The notes under the pieces: generated by a model
What the model was told of the DNA's origin: nothing
The model's input: the letters and a program-made list of their open reading frames with translations, nothing else
The model's database searches: none
Part shown: positions 12,023-25,191 of the stretch, piece after piece
How the letters are laid out: each line of letters begins with the position of its first letter
Numbering within the stretch: position 1 is the stretch's first letter
DNA from: Squalus acanthias
Taxonomy: Eukaryota
DNA length: 64,000 nt
Direction of reading: 5' to 3'
Assembly: GCA_030390025.1 (NCBI GenBank)
Contig: CM059446.1
Span: 43,276,001 to 43,340,000 of the forward strand
Position numbers and translations under genes: made by a program

Positions 12023-13610
12023 GTAAGTAGACAGGTTTGGTTTCTTGAGATTTTTTGAAACCAGAAGAATTTTCCAAGAGAAGAAATATATTTTAAAACA
12101 GCAATTATAAAAGTAATTACCCAGCCATTAAAAAATCACAATGGAACAAAATATTTGTATTCTAGAATGAAACTAAAAAATGTTAATTGTCAAATTATTG
12201 TTCTGCTTAAACATTAACTTAGCACTTGTCATTGACTCAAAGTACAGTATTCTTGTGTAGAGCCTGAAAATGTAGACAGGATAGGAATGAGTACAAACTG
12301 TTCAGCTCTTTCTATGTTTAAGACGGGCAGCTCCATCTACGTCTTGCCCTCGTGTCAAGCCTTACACTTAGAATGTTTTTACACCATGCTTTGCTGCATT
12401 TTGTTTTGTACATTTACAATTCTGATATAAAAAGTGCGGGCTCCTGAGCTTGTCACCAACATCAGTTCTTTGTTTCTGGCTCTGAACAAAGAAATGATTG
12501 GCTTCTCTCTCATCAATCTCTTTCATCATTTTGAATATAGTCCTATCTATTCCTCCTTCATCTTCCTTTTCCAATGAAAACATAACTTGGCTCTATTTGC
12601 TCTTTCTCGGAGATCAATGACCCAAGCTTCAGATTCAGTCTAGTCGATCTTCTTTGTCCCATTTCCTAGGTACAAAGTGTTAATGTTAGTTCATTGGATT
12701 TATTTTTCATGGACATTTATAGAATCTGATGTATATGTCATATCTTCATGCAATTTATTAATTGTCCTGTGATCGCAGGAGTGGGACTTAGAAACTGATG
12801 TGACTTGCATGGATGTTACTAAAAAGATGACTTTTGCGCTCCACCCCTCTACCAACGGTTCAGTTGATAAGTGTCCCATGTGGTGGAAGATTGTAAGTGT
12901 TTCCCTGGTTTCTGCTACAGTTAGTTGGCCTAACAAAGGCAGGAATGATGGTGCTATGGTAGGCCCCAACAAGCCTCCTTGCTAGGGAAAGGAAATATTG
13001 GCCAGGGTTCCCATTGAATGTTTAACCATTTGAGTTATGCAGGAATCGTGCTGGTGCATGTGAGGATAGTGACTCTGCTGTAATGGCAACCATTGTTGAG
13101 TAATACACCAACACTCACTGTTCAGTTTCACACATGAAGAAAGGATACTTGGACAGGATGCTGAAGAGTCACCACTGCCTATGCTACTAGAGAATATTAT
13201 GCAGAAATAATGTTCATTAAAATAAGATGTAAAACCTCCAATATAATTTTAGATACAGAGGGTACTAGCTGAATGAAAGACGATTACAAGCCGCAAATTC
13301 GTTTGAGTGGTTCAGATGATGCCATCTTAATTCTGTGATTGGATTACTGCATTTAATCTTCTTCCAATTATCCAATGTGTCTATTTTTTCCCCTTTTTGG
13401 CCTCCATAGTTTGTATTGTGCTGTTGACTAGTGACATAAAATTACTTGTAACAGCAGGATTTTTAAATAGTGAATTGCAAAACATTTCTCGATTGTTCAT
13501 ATATTTTCCTAAAAGCATGTAATGTGTAACACAGTGATGTAAAGTTGGGGGCGGGGGGGGGGTCGAGGATTGGAAGAAAAAAGATAATGATGAATTTCTC
13601 TTTCTGTCAG

Positions 13611-13752
13611 GTTGGTGCAAGTGAAGATGGAAAAAGAGCAGTATCAGAGTGAAATTAGAGACCTGCAGGACCAGCTCTCAGAAATGCACGACGAGCTCGA
13701 TCGTGCAAAAATCTGTGTTGACAATGAAGAGGAAAAAGAGACTTTGATAATG
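13611..13752 (+). CDS. CGNL1: CGNL1 internal exon D
   Basis: tttctgtcag|G ... ATG|gtaagt. 142 bp; LVQVKMEKEQYQSEIRDLQDQLSEMHDELDRAKICVDNEEEKETLIM, containing the CGNL1 hallmark EIRDLQDQLSEMHDELD. Confidence 0.95.
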
Positions 13753-15359
13753 GTAAGTAGATAAAAATTCAAAGATCAGCCTATTCCTCCCTCTCCGCAC
13801 TCAGTTGTTTGCCAAGTTCCCTTTTCATTTACTGAAATGCTAAAATTTTAAAGGGGAAGGGAAGTCTGGACCTTTTTTTTCTCCCAAGGCTCCTTCCCTT
13901 TGATAGAAGAAAATAATGGTGACACTTCAAATTACTTCACTTTTCTTGCCAACATGGAGATCCTTTGAGTAGGGTCTCCCTCCCTCCCTGTTAGGCCACT
14001 TCAGTAATTGGGAGCTGCCCAAACAATGAGATCACTCTACAAGCTGGGAATGCAGATTTCTCAGCTGGAAGAAAGATTTTCCAGGATTAGGCAGCTCCAG
14101 AACCACACTCGGGCTTGAAGTCGCCCCCACCCCACATTTTTCGCAATAGACCCTCTCCAGTACGCATGGCGATGTTTAATGTAAGACTGTCACTTTCTTC
14201 TCTAAAAAGGGGAAAACTGAATTAAAAAGTACTCCCCTAAACTCTCCTTGCCCCTTTTAAGTATGTTGCACCACTATGCAAACAGTCTATTTGTTGTACT
14301 CTGATCCAAATTGTTAGTAAATTGGATCTTCAGTTTAAGTGGCAACCCTTGTCGTTCCTTCAACATGGAATGCACCATTTATAAAATCCTCTGCAAATCA
14401 GAGTGCTTCCTTTTACGGGTGGCGAAAGTGGTGCAAATTGTGCAAGCAGTCCTGGGTGATACAGGATGGAACTGTAAACATTCTGGATCATCAGCTTTCA
14501 GATGCAATATAATGGTAGAATGGTATGATACAATTGGTGAGCCTCCTCAGTCCGTAGAGGCAAGTAGATTTGATTGGCAGTCGTTCTGTGAGTTGGACAT
14601 TGTGATCAGGAAGCAATCACTAGACTACCTGAAGGATGGAATTTTATTGTTTTAGAAAGAATTACAAAGAAATGTTCCACAGTTCTTTACACAATATTCT
14701 GCATTGAAACAGCTGAAATTACATCTAAATTTATGCTCACTGCCTGCGATGGGCTGGAACAAAAATGTTCATTTTTGCTTATTTTTTGTAACATTTCAAC
14801 ATTTTCCATTTTATTGTTCAAATGCCTTCATGAGTAATGAATAGAAAGGCCAACATAAACAAATGTTTTAACTTCCTTCTTGACATAGTTATCAAGTCAG
14901 ATTTGAGATTCATTTCAATATTTCCATGCACTGTCTTTTGCTTTAATTTTCCTCAGATTTAGTGTTCTCCCTTTCTCTTGCGACAAAATGTCTTCAGCTA
15001 CAAAAGGTGGGACAACCCAGATCACCGACTTCTCTATTACTGTGGCTGTAAAAAAAAAAATTAGAGAATATTTTGTGCTCGATGACTCGGTTGCTGAATT
15101 ATACATAGCCTGATGTGAAGCTGATGGATATAAGCAGGTTATTAAACTTTGACTGTGATCAAAGAGCTGGAGGGTTATGGGGGCAACGTGAGTAAGCTTA
15201 ATATATTCAAAGGCCAGATGAGGCTGGAGATAAATTCCCTCCTGTCATAAGGTCCCCCCCCCCATAAGATATTGGATATATCCCAGCAAAAGCAGTTAAT
15301 ACTATGTTGATTAATATATTTTTTTTAACTCCTATATAATTATTTCTTTTAAGATGCGA

Positions 15360-15690
15360 TTGTATGCTGACCAGGAAAATCCCAGATTCAATTCCAGGCA
15401 GGCCCTGTGCTGTGTTAGGTGATCTCAGCCGGGGTGCTAGAATTGGTGTTGGCACCCTTGGGTTCCCTTCCCTGATCCAATCAAGCAACCTTTGTTAGAA
15501 ATGTGTGTGTACGGATGTTTAATAAGGAGAGGATTGACTGTAATACCCCATGTCGTTGAATATCTGATGATACTCACTTTCTACACTCAAACACAGACAA
15601 TGGCTCCTTGGGCGAGATACTGGAGGCTGTCTGGTGCTCCTGAAACCACATTGTAACACCAGCAATAGAGAAAGTGGGGCAATAATTGGT
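15360..15690 (+). mobile_element. Old SINE-like interspersed repeat (one of about 7 degenerate copies in the window)
   Basis: B-box-like ccagattcaattccagg. Shared blocks recur at about 1780-2120(-), 9230-9545(-), 12960-13190(+), 16060-16300(-), 31380-31960(-) and 43000-43390(-). Confidence 0.5.
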
Positions 15691-17099
15691 CAGAAAAACA
15701 TGGGTTTGGAACCCACAAGGATTAAAATAGATGATTGAATACTCCATGGCACATGATGGTTTCTGGGACTATGACATATATCACCTGTGGAATCCAGCAG
15801 GCCGGAATTGAAGTGTGAGCATTATTATCATGGAATTTTACTCAATTACTTTCAGGGATCTGACATTTTACAGTGTTATTTTCTTTCAGCTGTATTTAGT
15901 TGTCCTGCTCCTTGAATTCAATGGCTTGAGAAAAGTCCATGATAGAACAAATTGTACATGGTCTGTGGAAGGAATAGCTTAATGGACTGAATTCTACAAT
16001 GTTCTATGTTTTTGTAACAGGAGACGAACAGCCGTTATGCTTCCCTCCCCTGCTGTACTTCCCAGCATTCCTCATCCAACATCCAAACACATCGCTTACA
16101 GCAGCGGCCACTAGATAGCAATCAGGAGCAGAAACCCAAGCCAATATTCCCTCCTTAACCCAGATACACTGAGGCCAATTGTACCTCTACAGTCAACCTA
16201 GTTGAGATTATGTAGCACAGCACAAACCAGGGACTGAACCTCAGGACTTTCTGTGTGTATGTCTCAGCTACTCACACTGGATTAAACTCGTTGAGCCTTT
16301 GGGGAAGTCTATTTTTTTAAATCAGTAAGTGTAGATTAACTGCACTCTTGAGTAGAATCCTCTGAAGGAGCTGCAAAATGGAATTTGTGTAAATACTATT
16401 CTGACCCTGATTGTGGATCAAATGAGATATGGGGTGCTAATGCGTAATATTGTTATTTAGCAAAATGCATTTGCAAATTGGGTAGATGAATGATTTAGGA
16501 GCTTAGAGCTGGGCATTAAAAATTGAACACATTTGGCCACAAATGCTATTTGGAGCACGAACATAATTAAATGGCTACAAAGATACTTGTTTTTAAAGTG
16601 AAAATAAGTGTGTTACTAAGCCATACAGATCAGAATGAGCCATATTTTATTCATGGTCTGTGTTGAATTAGTTGTTCTCAGCTGGACTAAATGCTGCTCA
16701 GCAAGGGAGGAGAAAATCTGTGCTTGATTACCATCCCGGGATCCTGCTCGAAAGTTCTTGTTTGTGGACCTTGGGTGATGTTGGACTCAACACTGATGAC
16801 CTCCATATTAAAATAGACCGCTGACACTCGCATAAAAATGGTCTTCTGGGTTAGGTACCAGAGGCCTTCTAGTGCCTGTGGAACCAAACCCCAACAGGAG
16901 TCAGCACCTTCAGGACAGGTGAAAAATTTCGGAGTACTGTTGCAAATGAAGATTAAGGAGGCTAATAAAATCATCAGAATGTTTCTGTTGTGTGTACAGT
17001 ACATATTTTAAATGACTTCTCTCAACACAAAACTGTGTTAATGGTGTTTGTATCAGTGATGTTATTGGCAATGCACGTAAATATTGTGCCTGGTTCCAG

Positions 17100-17312
17100 G
17101 AAATGATTGAGGCAAAGCAGCAGCTGCAAGAGGTGCTGATAGCTAAAGAAGATCAGCAGGAGGTGTTGAGGCGAAGAGAAAGAGAGCTGACAGCACTTCG
17201 AGGTGTCTTGAAGGAGGAGGTGTCAAGCCATGACCAGGAAGCAGAAGATCTTAAAGAACAGCATGAAAAGGAGAAACAGAAACTAAAGAACAGCATTGAA
17301 GATCTAGTGCAG
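17100..17312 (+). CDS. CGNL1: CGNL1 internal exon E
   Basis: tggttccag|GAA ... CAG|gtgagt. 213 bp; EMIEAKQQLQEVLIAKEDQQEVLRRRERELTALRGVLKEEVSSHDQEAEDLKEQHEKEKQKLKNSIEDLVQ (cingulin-family RERELTALKGALKEEV motif). Confidence 0.96.
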
Positions 17313-18624
17313 GTGAGTTAACAATTGGCTTACAAAATCGCCTTTTTTGGAGATATTTTGGACAGGGTAGTGGAACTGATGGGAAAAAAAATCTTTCAAT
17401 TTCCTCCCCCTTTGTGGTATGTATTGCATGAATACAAACCCATATATCCCGCAATGTCCCTGTCAGCTTCAGAACTCCAAAATGTGCCTGTGTATGACTA
17501 CCTGAAATAACATTGTAAAAGAGGCTCACTACATTTTGTAAAGATAAACTTCAGCTTGCAAGCCATAGATTTCTTGTAGTACTTTGTGTTTAATACTTTA
17601 ATGGGTAGCAGATTTTTTTTTTAAGTAATTGCCAGAAATAACACTGGGTTCACTCTTCCTAAGATCAAACTTGCCATGTTGTGGAATGATGCTCATTGTG
17701 GGGCAGCATCCACTTGCTATTTGTTTGCAAACATCTGCGTTTGTCATATTTTAGATACTACATGGGTATTGGTGCAGATGAATATCACATGCTATGATTC
17801 TCTGTCCACTCTCATATTCGCATTAGAAAATGTTTTGGCATATATGCACAATGGTGGAAATGAGTGCAGTAAAATCTTCCTCATATCTATTAATTGTGCA
17901 GATAGACCATTCTCTTAATGAGCGGTGCTCTGAAGCATTTCACTTTCTAAGAAAGAGCTGTAATTGTAAGTGACAAGATGAAAGATATGTTTGTTATGTG
18001 CTACACTTGGCCTGAAAAGTGCCCTATAAGTAGGTCAATGTGGCTGAAGGATGGGGCTATAAATAGAGTAGTTCTTTTCTCTCTGTGGCATTTTAATGTT
18101 CTTGTGTTTGCACAATTAAGTTTCAAGGTTAATTAGTTTAAATTCTTTTACAAGCAAAGAGACATTTTCTTTCATTTACAGTAGAGTAAATTTCAAGTTT
18201 AAACTAATTGCTAAGTCACCTTCCTGGCTGTGTCATTTGAAAGTAGTTTACTTTGGTGTTACAGTTTCAAAATGATCATACTGCTACTGCTGAATGTCAA
18301 ATAAATTCTGGATTTGATTGTAGTTAATTACTCCAAACAAGTGGAGATGCACAATCTCCAAATAGCATTCTCCCCTTTTAAACTTTTGCAGCATGCAGCT
18401 GGTGATTGTGGGGCCTTTTCGAGGGTCAGTGGGCTAAAAGCATTTGTCTTCTGCTCCTCTGATCTCTTTTCACAAACCCTGAAAAGGTTGGATTGCAGTA
18501 GCATTGGGGTGTTCGCGATCAGGTTGTTTATTTTGTTGTTGGCTGTCTGTGGTGCCGTACGGCATGCTGCAGATAGCATACCACCGATGTAAAAAATGTG
18601 TTAAGGTGATTTGATTCTGTTCCA

Positions 18625-19018
18625 CATTGGGTACAGTAGTGTAGTGGTTGTGGTACTCTACTAGTAACCCGGGGTTCAGATCCCAACATGACTAGTCGTA
18701 GAATTGAATTCAATTAATCTGGTCATTGTGGACTAGCAGCAGAAAAAAATGTCCATTTAAAAGCTGCTAAATTGTTGTCAAAAAACACTCGAGTTCACCA
18801 ATGTCCTTAGTAGAAGATGTCTAGTCGAAGGGTAACTATCACCCCTACGCGTGACTCCAGTCACGTGTTACATGGTTAACGCTTTGCCCTCTGAAGTGCC
18901 CTAGTGATTGACTCGGTCATAAAACATAGTGCATAGAAAAAAGCCCACAACCACCTTTTCAACAAGGGTTGGGCAATAAATGTAAGCTTGCCTGCATTGC
19001 CACATACTGAGAACAAAT
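18625..19018 (+). mobile_element. tRNA-derived SINE (degenerate)
   Basis: A-box-like tagtgtagtgg and B-box-like ggttcagatccc. The tail gggcaataaatg...gccacat is related to the minus-strand fragment at 63112-63172. Confidence 0.6.
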
Positions 19019-19481
19019 ATTATGCCACAACTCCTGTTCTAAAGTGTATACAGAATAAAATGCACTATATCCTTTTCATTTTATGGCCCATTACTCTAGT
19101 ATTTTTTTGTATTATATTCACTTTTCGTGTCTGTGGGACACACTTCCAGAAAGTATTATGATTCTGGAAAACTCTCCTGAGTAAGCAGAAGTTGAAATGC
19201 AGAGTTGCTAGCACATGGCGAATTTAGTCACAATACTCGTCAATTTACAATTGAGGCTGGAAATGAATCTGTCTTTGTGCTTGCACAGATTTATTGGTGT
19301 TTGCAATGGACTAAAATTTCATGTCTGTAGTGTGCATGGTACAAAGTTTTGATAAATACAAGGACAATATTATCTTACAGCAGTGTGTATCTAATCAAAC
19401 TGCTGAGGTAACGTTTGCAATGCTAAAGGAAGATCACTGCTCTTTTTGGGAGTGCTGAGCAGATTCCGTTTTATTGGGAAA

Positions 19482-19705
19482 TGTAACAGTGCGGGGTTTA
19501 TCGGAGTTACGCTGCGGGGTGTGGGGTATATCACTGAGGGGTGTGGGGTATATCACTGTTACAGTGAGGGGTGTGGGGTATATCACTGTTACAGTGAGGG
19601 CTGTGGAGTATATCTCTGTTACCGTGCGGGGTGTGGGGTATATCGGAGTTACAGTGAGGAGTGTGGGGTATATTAGTGTTACAGTGAGGGGTGTGGAGTA
19701 TATCG
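19482..19705. repeat. 30-bp minisatellite (about 7 units)
   Basis: Unit tgttacagtgaggggtgtggggtatatcac repeated with substitutions and one shortened unit. Confidence 0.92.
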
Positions 19706-20335
19706 GCAGCACAAGTAGATAAGCTGTGACAAATTGGTGGAACAATACTGCAGCACACAACCGGCTTAATTTGATATCAAATTTCATCCACAGAGGTAGC
19801 ATTTATTCTATAAAGACTGTGACCGGGATTTGCTGCTGCTGCACTCACTGGCCCGCGATTTGCAATCAATTACATGAAAAACCCCATCTTGTGTTTTGTG
19901 TATTGCATGTTTGAAAAGATTACTTTTTGTGGAAGGGAGGCAGATCGTTTATAGCAGAACTTCGAATTTACTAATTGACAAAAAAAAGTTTCGTTCCAAG
20001 ATGAGAACTTACTTGCTAATGTGGACTTTTACATATTTACTCTTCAATGTTGCAACCGTGTTTGCAGACACAAACTGATTAGGTGCAGTTTGGACTCTCC
20101 AAACACTTAATAGTAATAGTCAATTACACTCCAGTGAACTGAGTTTATGTGAAACGACTGTGGATTTTGTTACTGCTTTTCGTTTCCATATGGTGTTGCG
20201 AATTGCTGAAGGCATCAATTTGTAAAAAAAATCTTGAAAGATTACAGCATTACCCCCACACTAATTAGGTACTTAAAGATAGCTTCAAAGAATAGGTGGA
20301 AATGCAAATTCGTGATTTCCTATTTTTGACGCAGC

Positions 20336-23300
20336 GGCCGCGATTTCCCCTACCTCAGCGGCTCCGGTGCGACCGGGGTCGGTGGCAGGTCCCGACCTCG
20401 CTGCTGGCACCAGCCCGCTGTCCAAAGTGATTTTACGTTAATTGGGCTTGTTAAGCCCGCCCAGCGCGTTTGCCGGCCAATTGAAGGAAGCGGGCCTGAT
20501 GACATCACTTGATGACACGTCATCAGCCGGTTTCCTTAAAGGGACCATGCGCAAATTGATTTTGACAGTTGTGCTGTCAGTGTTCTACAGCATTGAGGTG
20601 CTACAAGCACTGTGCAGAGGTGCAGGACTTCACCCAGGCTCTCCCATGACTCTCTCCATATGCTTATGGAGGGAGTCACAGCACACAGGGAGGTTCTCTT
20701 CCCTTCCAATGGGCGGAAGAGACCTCCCCAGGGGATCAACGCAGCCTGGTTGCACATTGCACAGGCGGACACGAGCAGAGATGTCATCAGGAGGACCAGG
20801 CTGCAGTGGCGCCAACCTTTCAATGATGTTGGCTGTAAAGCGCTTTGAGACGTCCGGTGGTCGTGAAAGGCGCTATATAAATGTAAGTCTTATTTATTTA
20901 TTTATCTCAGTAGATCACGAAATGTTACTGCAAAGCCACACTCAACCTCATCCTGCTGTGCCACTCATCACATCCCCATAACTCTGCCTTCCCTACCCTA
21001 CTCCTGCATATCCTTACTCACACCAACTTAGCTTGCACCTCCACCCATCCCTCTCTATCTACATTATCACTTCCCCATCTCACTAGCCACCCATCACACT
21101 CACCCTCGTCCTAGTCCAATCATACCAACGAACAACACACAAGGGTAGGCACTTCTGTGTTTTATCTAATGTTCATGTGAAGTTTCTGTTAATGTGCTGT
21201 CAAACATTGAAATCTTTATTTTCAACACTTTGCGTTCTTGGACAGATTTGTTTGCACCTTTGGAAGTGGCTTAGTGAGTTGCAGTGAATGGTGAGACATA
21301 ACGGTAACCCCCCCCCAATTGTGATGAGTGTGAAAGGAATGGCTTGGGCATTGTAGGGATGCTTTATGGTGTTGGTGTGGAGTGGTGCCAACCTGGTGCA
21401 TCATGTGGCAGCCAGGGGTGTACAGCGTCAAGGGAAGTAAGTCTGGCTATGGTGAGGCCATTCCTGGACTCCGGGGCAGCAATATGGTCGGGTGCTGATG
21501 CCCTGTGTCCTCTGCAGCATCAGTTGATTGCAGAGAAGGTTGGTGATGGTGTTGGTGCTGCTGGTGTGCCTGGTGCTGCTGGTGTTGAGGCTGATCGTGG
21601 TGGGATTCTGAGGACCAAGGTGAGATAGTTTCAAGGGCACCAATGCTGATGTAATAGATGGCAGGTGAACTTGAGATGACCGAAGCGATCTGTCAATGTT
21701 GAGAGAAGTTGTTCCAATGAGGTGACACTGGATACAGAGTTTACTCCAAACACTTGCAACCTGCATAAAGCTCAATCTGTCTTCCAAATGCAGTAAGCAA
21801 CAGCTTCTGAGCTTGGAAACTGAACAGTTATGAGATGGGAGCTTTATAGCACATTTATATAGCATGCTCAGTCACTCAACCAGGAAATACCAAGACTGGT
21901 TCGACGAGAACGACCAGGAGATCCAGGAGCTAATAAGCCGCAAGCGCAAGGCATTCCTGATCTGGAAACAGCAACAGAACTCGAGAGCAAGAAAGCAGCT
22001 CTACAGACGCCTGAAGGCCGAGGTCCAACAAAAAACTCGCGACCTAAAGAACAGATGGTGGGTGGAGAAAGCGCAGGAGATCCAGCAGCTAGCCGACAAC
22101 CACGACGTGCGTGGATTCTTTAGCACAGTCAAGACCGCCTACGGCCCAAGCACCCAAGGTCCTACCCCACTGCGGGCCAAGAACGGAGAGGTAGTCATCA
22201 AGGACAGAGAGACAGTCAGTGCCCACTGGAAGGAGCACTTCGAAGATCTCCTTAACCGAGACTCTGTCTTCGATGCGAGTGTCCTCAACTCCATCCCGCA
22301 GCATGCTACCCGCCACCATCTCAGCACAACCCCAGCCCGGCATGAGGTTGAAAAGGCCATTCGACAACTGAAGAACAACAAGGCCTCGAGCAGATGGAAT
22401 CCCTGCCGAGGCACTAAAGCATGGCAGAGAAGTACTACTGGCGTGAATTCATGAACTAATTTCTCTTATCTGGAAGGAGGAGAGCATGCCAGGGGATCTC
22501 AAAGACGCCGTAATTGTGACCTATCTTCAAGAAAGGTGACAAGTCCGATTGCGGTAATTACAGAGGAGTTTCCCTGCTGTCAGCACAGGGAAAGTCATCG
22601 CAAGAATCCTCCTCAATCGCCTTCTTCCAGTGGCCGAAGAACTCCCAGAGTCGCAATGCGGATTCCGCCCACTAAGGGGCACAATGGACATGATCTTCAC
22701 CGCACGTCAATTACAAGAGAAATGCAGGGAACAACACCAACTGCTGTACATGGCCTTCTTTGATCTCACAAAGGCCTTCGACACTGTCGACTGTGAGGGA
22801 TTATGGAGTGTCCTCCTCAAATTCGGCTGCCCTCAAAAGTTTGTCACCATCCTCCGCCTGCTTCACGACGACATGCAAGCCGTGATCCTAACCAACGGTT
22901 CCACCACAGACCCAATTCACGTACGAACCGGGGTCAAGCAAGGCTGTGTCATTGCACCAACGCTCTTCTCGATCTTCCTTGCTGCAATGCTCCATCTCAC
23001 CCTCAGTAAGCTCCCCACTGGAGTGGAGCTAATTTACAGAACAAACGGGAAACTGTTCAACCTCCGTCACCTCCAGTCCAGATCCAAGGTCGTCCCATCC
23101 TCTGTCGTCAAATTACAGTATGCAGACGACGCTTGCGTCTGCGCTAACTCGGAGGTCGAACTCCAAACCATCGTCAACACCTTCACTGAAGTGTACGAGA
23201 GCGTGGGCCTTACACTAAACATCCGAAAGACAAAGGTCCTCTACCAACCTGCCCCCACCACACAGTACTGCCCCCCGATTATCAAAATCCACAACAAGGC

Positions 23301-24417
23301 CTTGGACAACGTGGACCACTTTCCATACCTCGGGAGCCTACTGTCAACAAGGGCAGACATCGATGACGAAGTCCAACACCGCCTTCAGTGTGCCAGTGCA
23401 GCCTTCAGTCACCTGAGGAAGAGAGTGTTTGAAGACCAGGACCTCAAACCTGGCACTAAGCTCATGGTCTACAGAGCAGCAGTGATACCCGCTCTCCTGT
23501 ATGCCTCAGAGACATGGACCATGTATAGCAGGCACCTCAAAGCACTGGAGAGGTACCACCAACGCTGCCTCCGCAAGATCCTGCAAATCCATTGGCAGGA
23601 TAGGCGCACCAACGTCAGTGTTCTCGCTCAGGCCAACATCCCCAGCATCGAAGCTTTGACCACGCTCGATCAGCTCCGATGGACGGGTCACATTGTCCGC
23701 ATGCCCGATACGAGCTCCAGCACGGCAAGAGAGCCCCAGGTGGGCAGAGGAAACGCTTCAAGGACACCCTCAAAGCCTCCTTGAAAAAGTGTAACATCCC
23801 CACCGACACCTGGGAATCCCTGGCCCAAGACCGCACAAAGTGGAGGAGAAGCATCCGGGAAGGCGCCAAACACCTCGAGTCTCTTCGCCGGGAGCAAGCG
23901 GAAGCCAAGCGCAAGGAGCGCACGTCAACCCAAGCACCCCACGCACCCGCCCCTTCAACCACCGTCTGCCCCACCTGTGACAGAGACTGTAGGTCCCGCA
24001 TTGGACTCATCAGTCACCTGAGAACTCATTTTTAATGTGGAAGCAAGTCATCCTCGGTTCCGAGGGACTGCCTAAGAAGATAGCACATTTGCAGCTGTCA
24101 AGTAAATAGATGATTTCATGGTAACACAACTCCTGACCTGCTTACCTGACGCCCGAGCAGTGTAGACCCCGTGGGCGACCTTGTAAAATTTAAAGATGAG
24201 CTCAAAATACTTTTTAAGTGGCTCTTAACAAGGTCATAATGACTTAAATTGCCACCCCTGCCGCTGCGTGTCGGGTCTGTTCAGCATTGACAGACCCGAC
24301 ATCTGGGAAAGTCGTGTGGCGGCGGGTTGACAGCGGGTTCCCTACCTGCTTCAAAAAAATGTTTTCCCACCAAACGCGCCCACTGACCCCCCCCCCCCCC
24401 CCCGAAAAATTCCCCCC
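20336..24417 (+). mobile_element. PIF/Harbinger-derived element carrying a Myb/SANT-like ORF remnant, interrupted by an RTE LINE
   Basis: Ends ggccgcgatttcccc ... gaaaaattcccccc. ORF 20612-20848 (PRLSHDSLHMLMEGVTAHREVLFP...AAWLHIAQADTSRDVIRRTRLQWRQPFND) fits the Harbinger Myb/SANT (NAIF1/MSANTD-like) pattern. Confidence 0.7.
21857..24079 (+). mobile_element. RTE-clade LINE, 5'-truncated, relatively young
   Basis: ORF pieces of 196, 384 and 118 aa with QCGFR, FFDLTKAFD, GVKQGCVIAP, LQYADD, YLGS and a terminal C2H2 finger CPTCDRDCRSRIGLISHLRTH. Tail ggactgcctaagaaga; 11-bp TSD atagcacattt (21846-21856, 24080-24090). Confidence 0.93.
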
Positions 24418-25191
24418 AACAAAATTTACGTTAGAATAAAGATCTTTTGCATCGTGTAATGTGCTGAGGCAATGAACCTGGCCTTGTTAATCGTAACATA
24501 ATATACTCTTGTCCCTGAAATTATAGGATTTCATGATCTATTAGTTTTTATGTCATTGCAAGATTATGAAGAATAGAAATATATGCTTGCAGTTTTAAAA
24601 AAAAACAATCTGGAGAAAAGGAAGTACAATGAGATTTTATATAGATAGAGTAATTTTCCTACACTGTGGCAGCAGAGTTATAATTGAGGTGGTTAACTTG
24701 CGCTCTCCCCACCCGTTCTTGCTGCACCTCCATTTTCCCCGGGGCCTTCCTTTGGGTAGCCCAGGCGCCTGCCTAAATCAGGTGGGAACCTCATAAATCT
24801 ATGCAAATTGGGGAACTATGACATGCATAGGACCTTGACCCCCCTATTGGGCGGAGTGTGTGTTGTGGATGCTCCAGTCAGTAAAACCTAGTGGGCAAGA
24901 GAAAGAGGCCCGGAAAGGTAAATGTTAAAAGTATTGCTCGTCTGGGCTCCACAAGTATAATGTAGACCACTACTACCCTGGGGTTTGGCTCCCCCCTTCC
25001 CCTCCTACTTTTCAGCTGGCTAGGTCAACCCCTGGGCTGCTCAATATTGTGCTAGCTCGGAACCAGTGAGCGTCAGCAGGACACCCATTTGGGTCATGCA
25101 GCTCGTCAGCGACATATTAATAAGGCTCAGCCCTTGAAATAAACTGAGCCTCCTGTCGGAGGGATTGGGCGGTCATCCCAACTGCTGGTTG

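Noticed and set aside
19434-19802. Repetitive ORFs (VTVRGVGYI / TPHCNSDIPH) and a superficially CRISPR-like periodicity
   Set aside because: Head-to-tail 30-bp tandem repeat with no unique spacers, in vertebrate intronic DNA.
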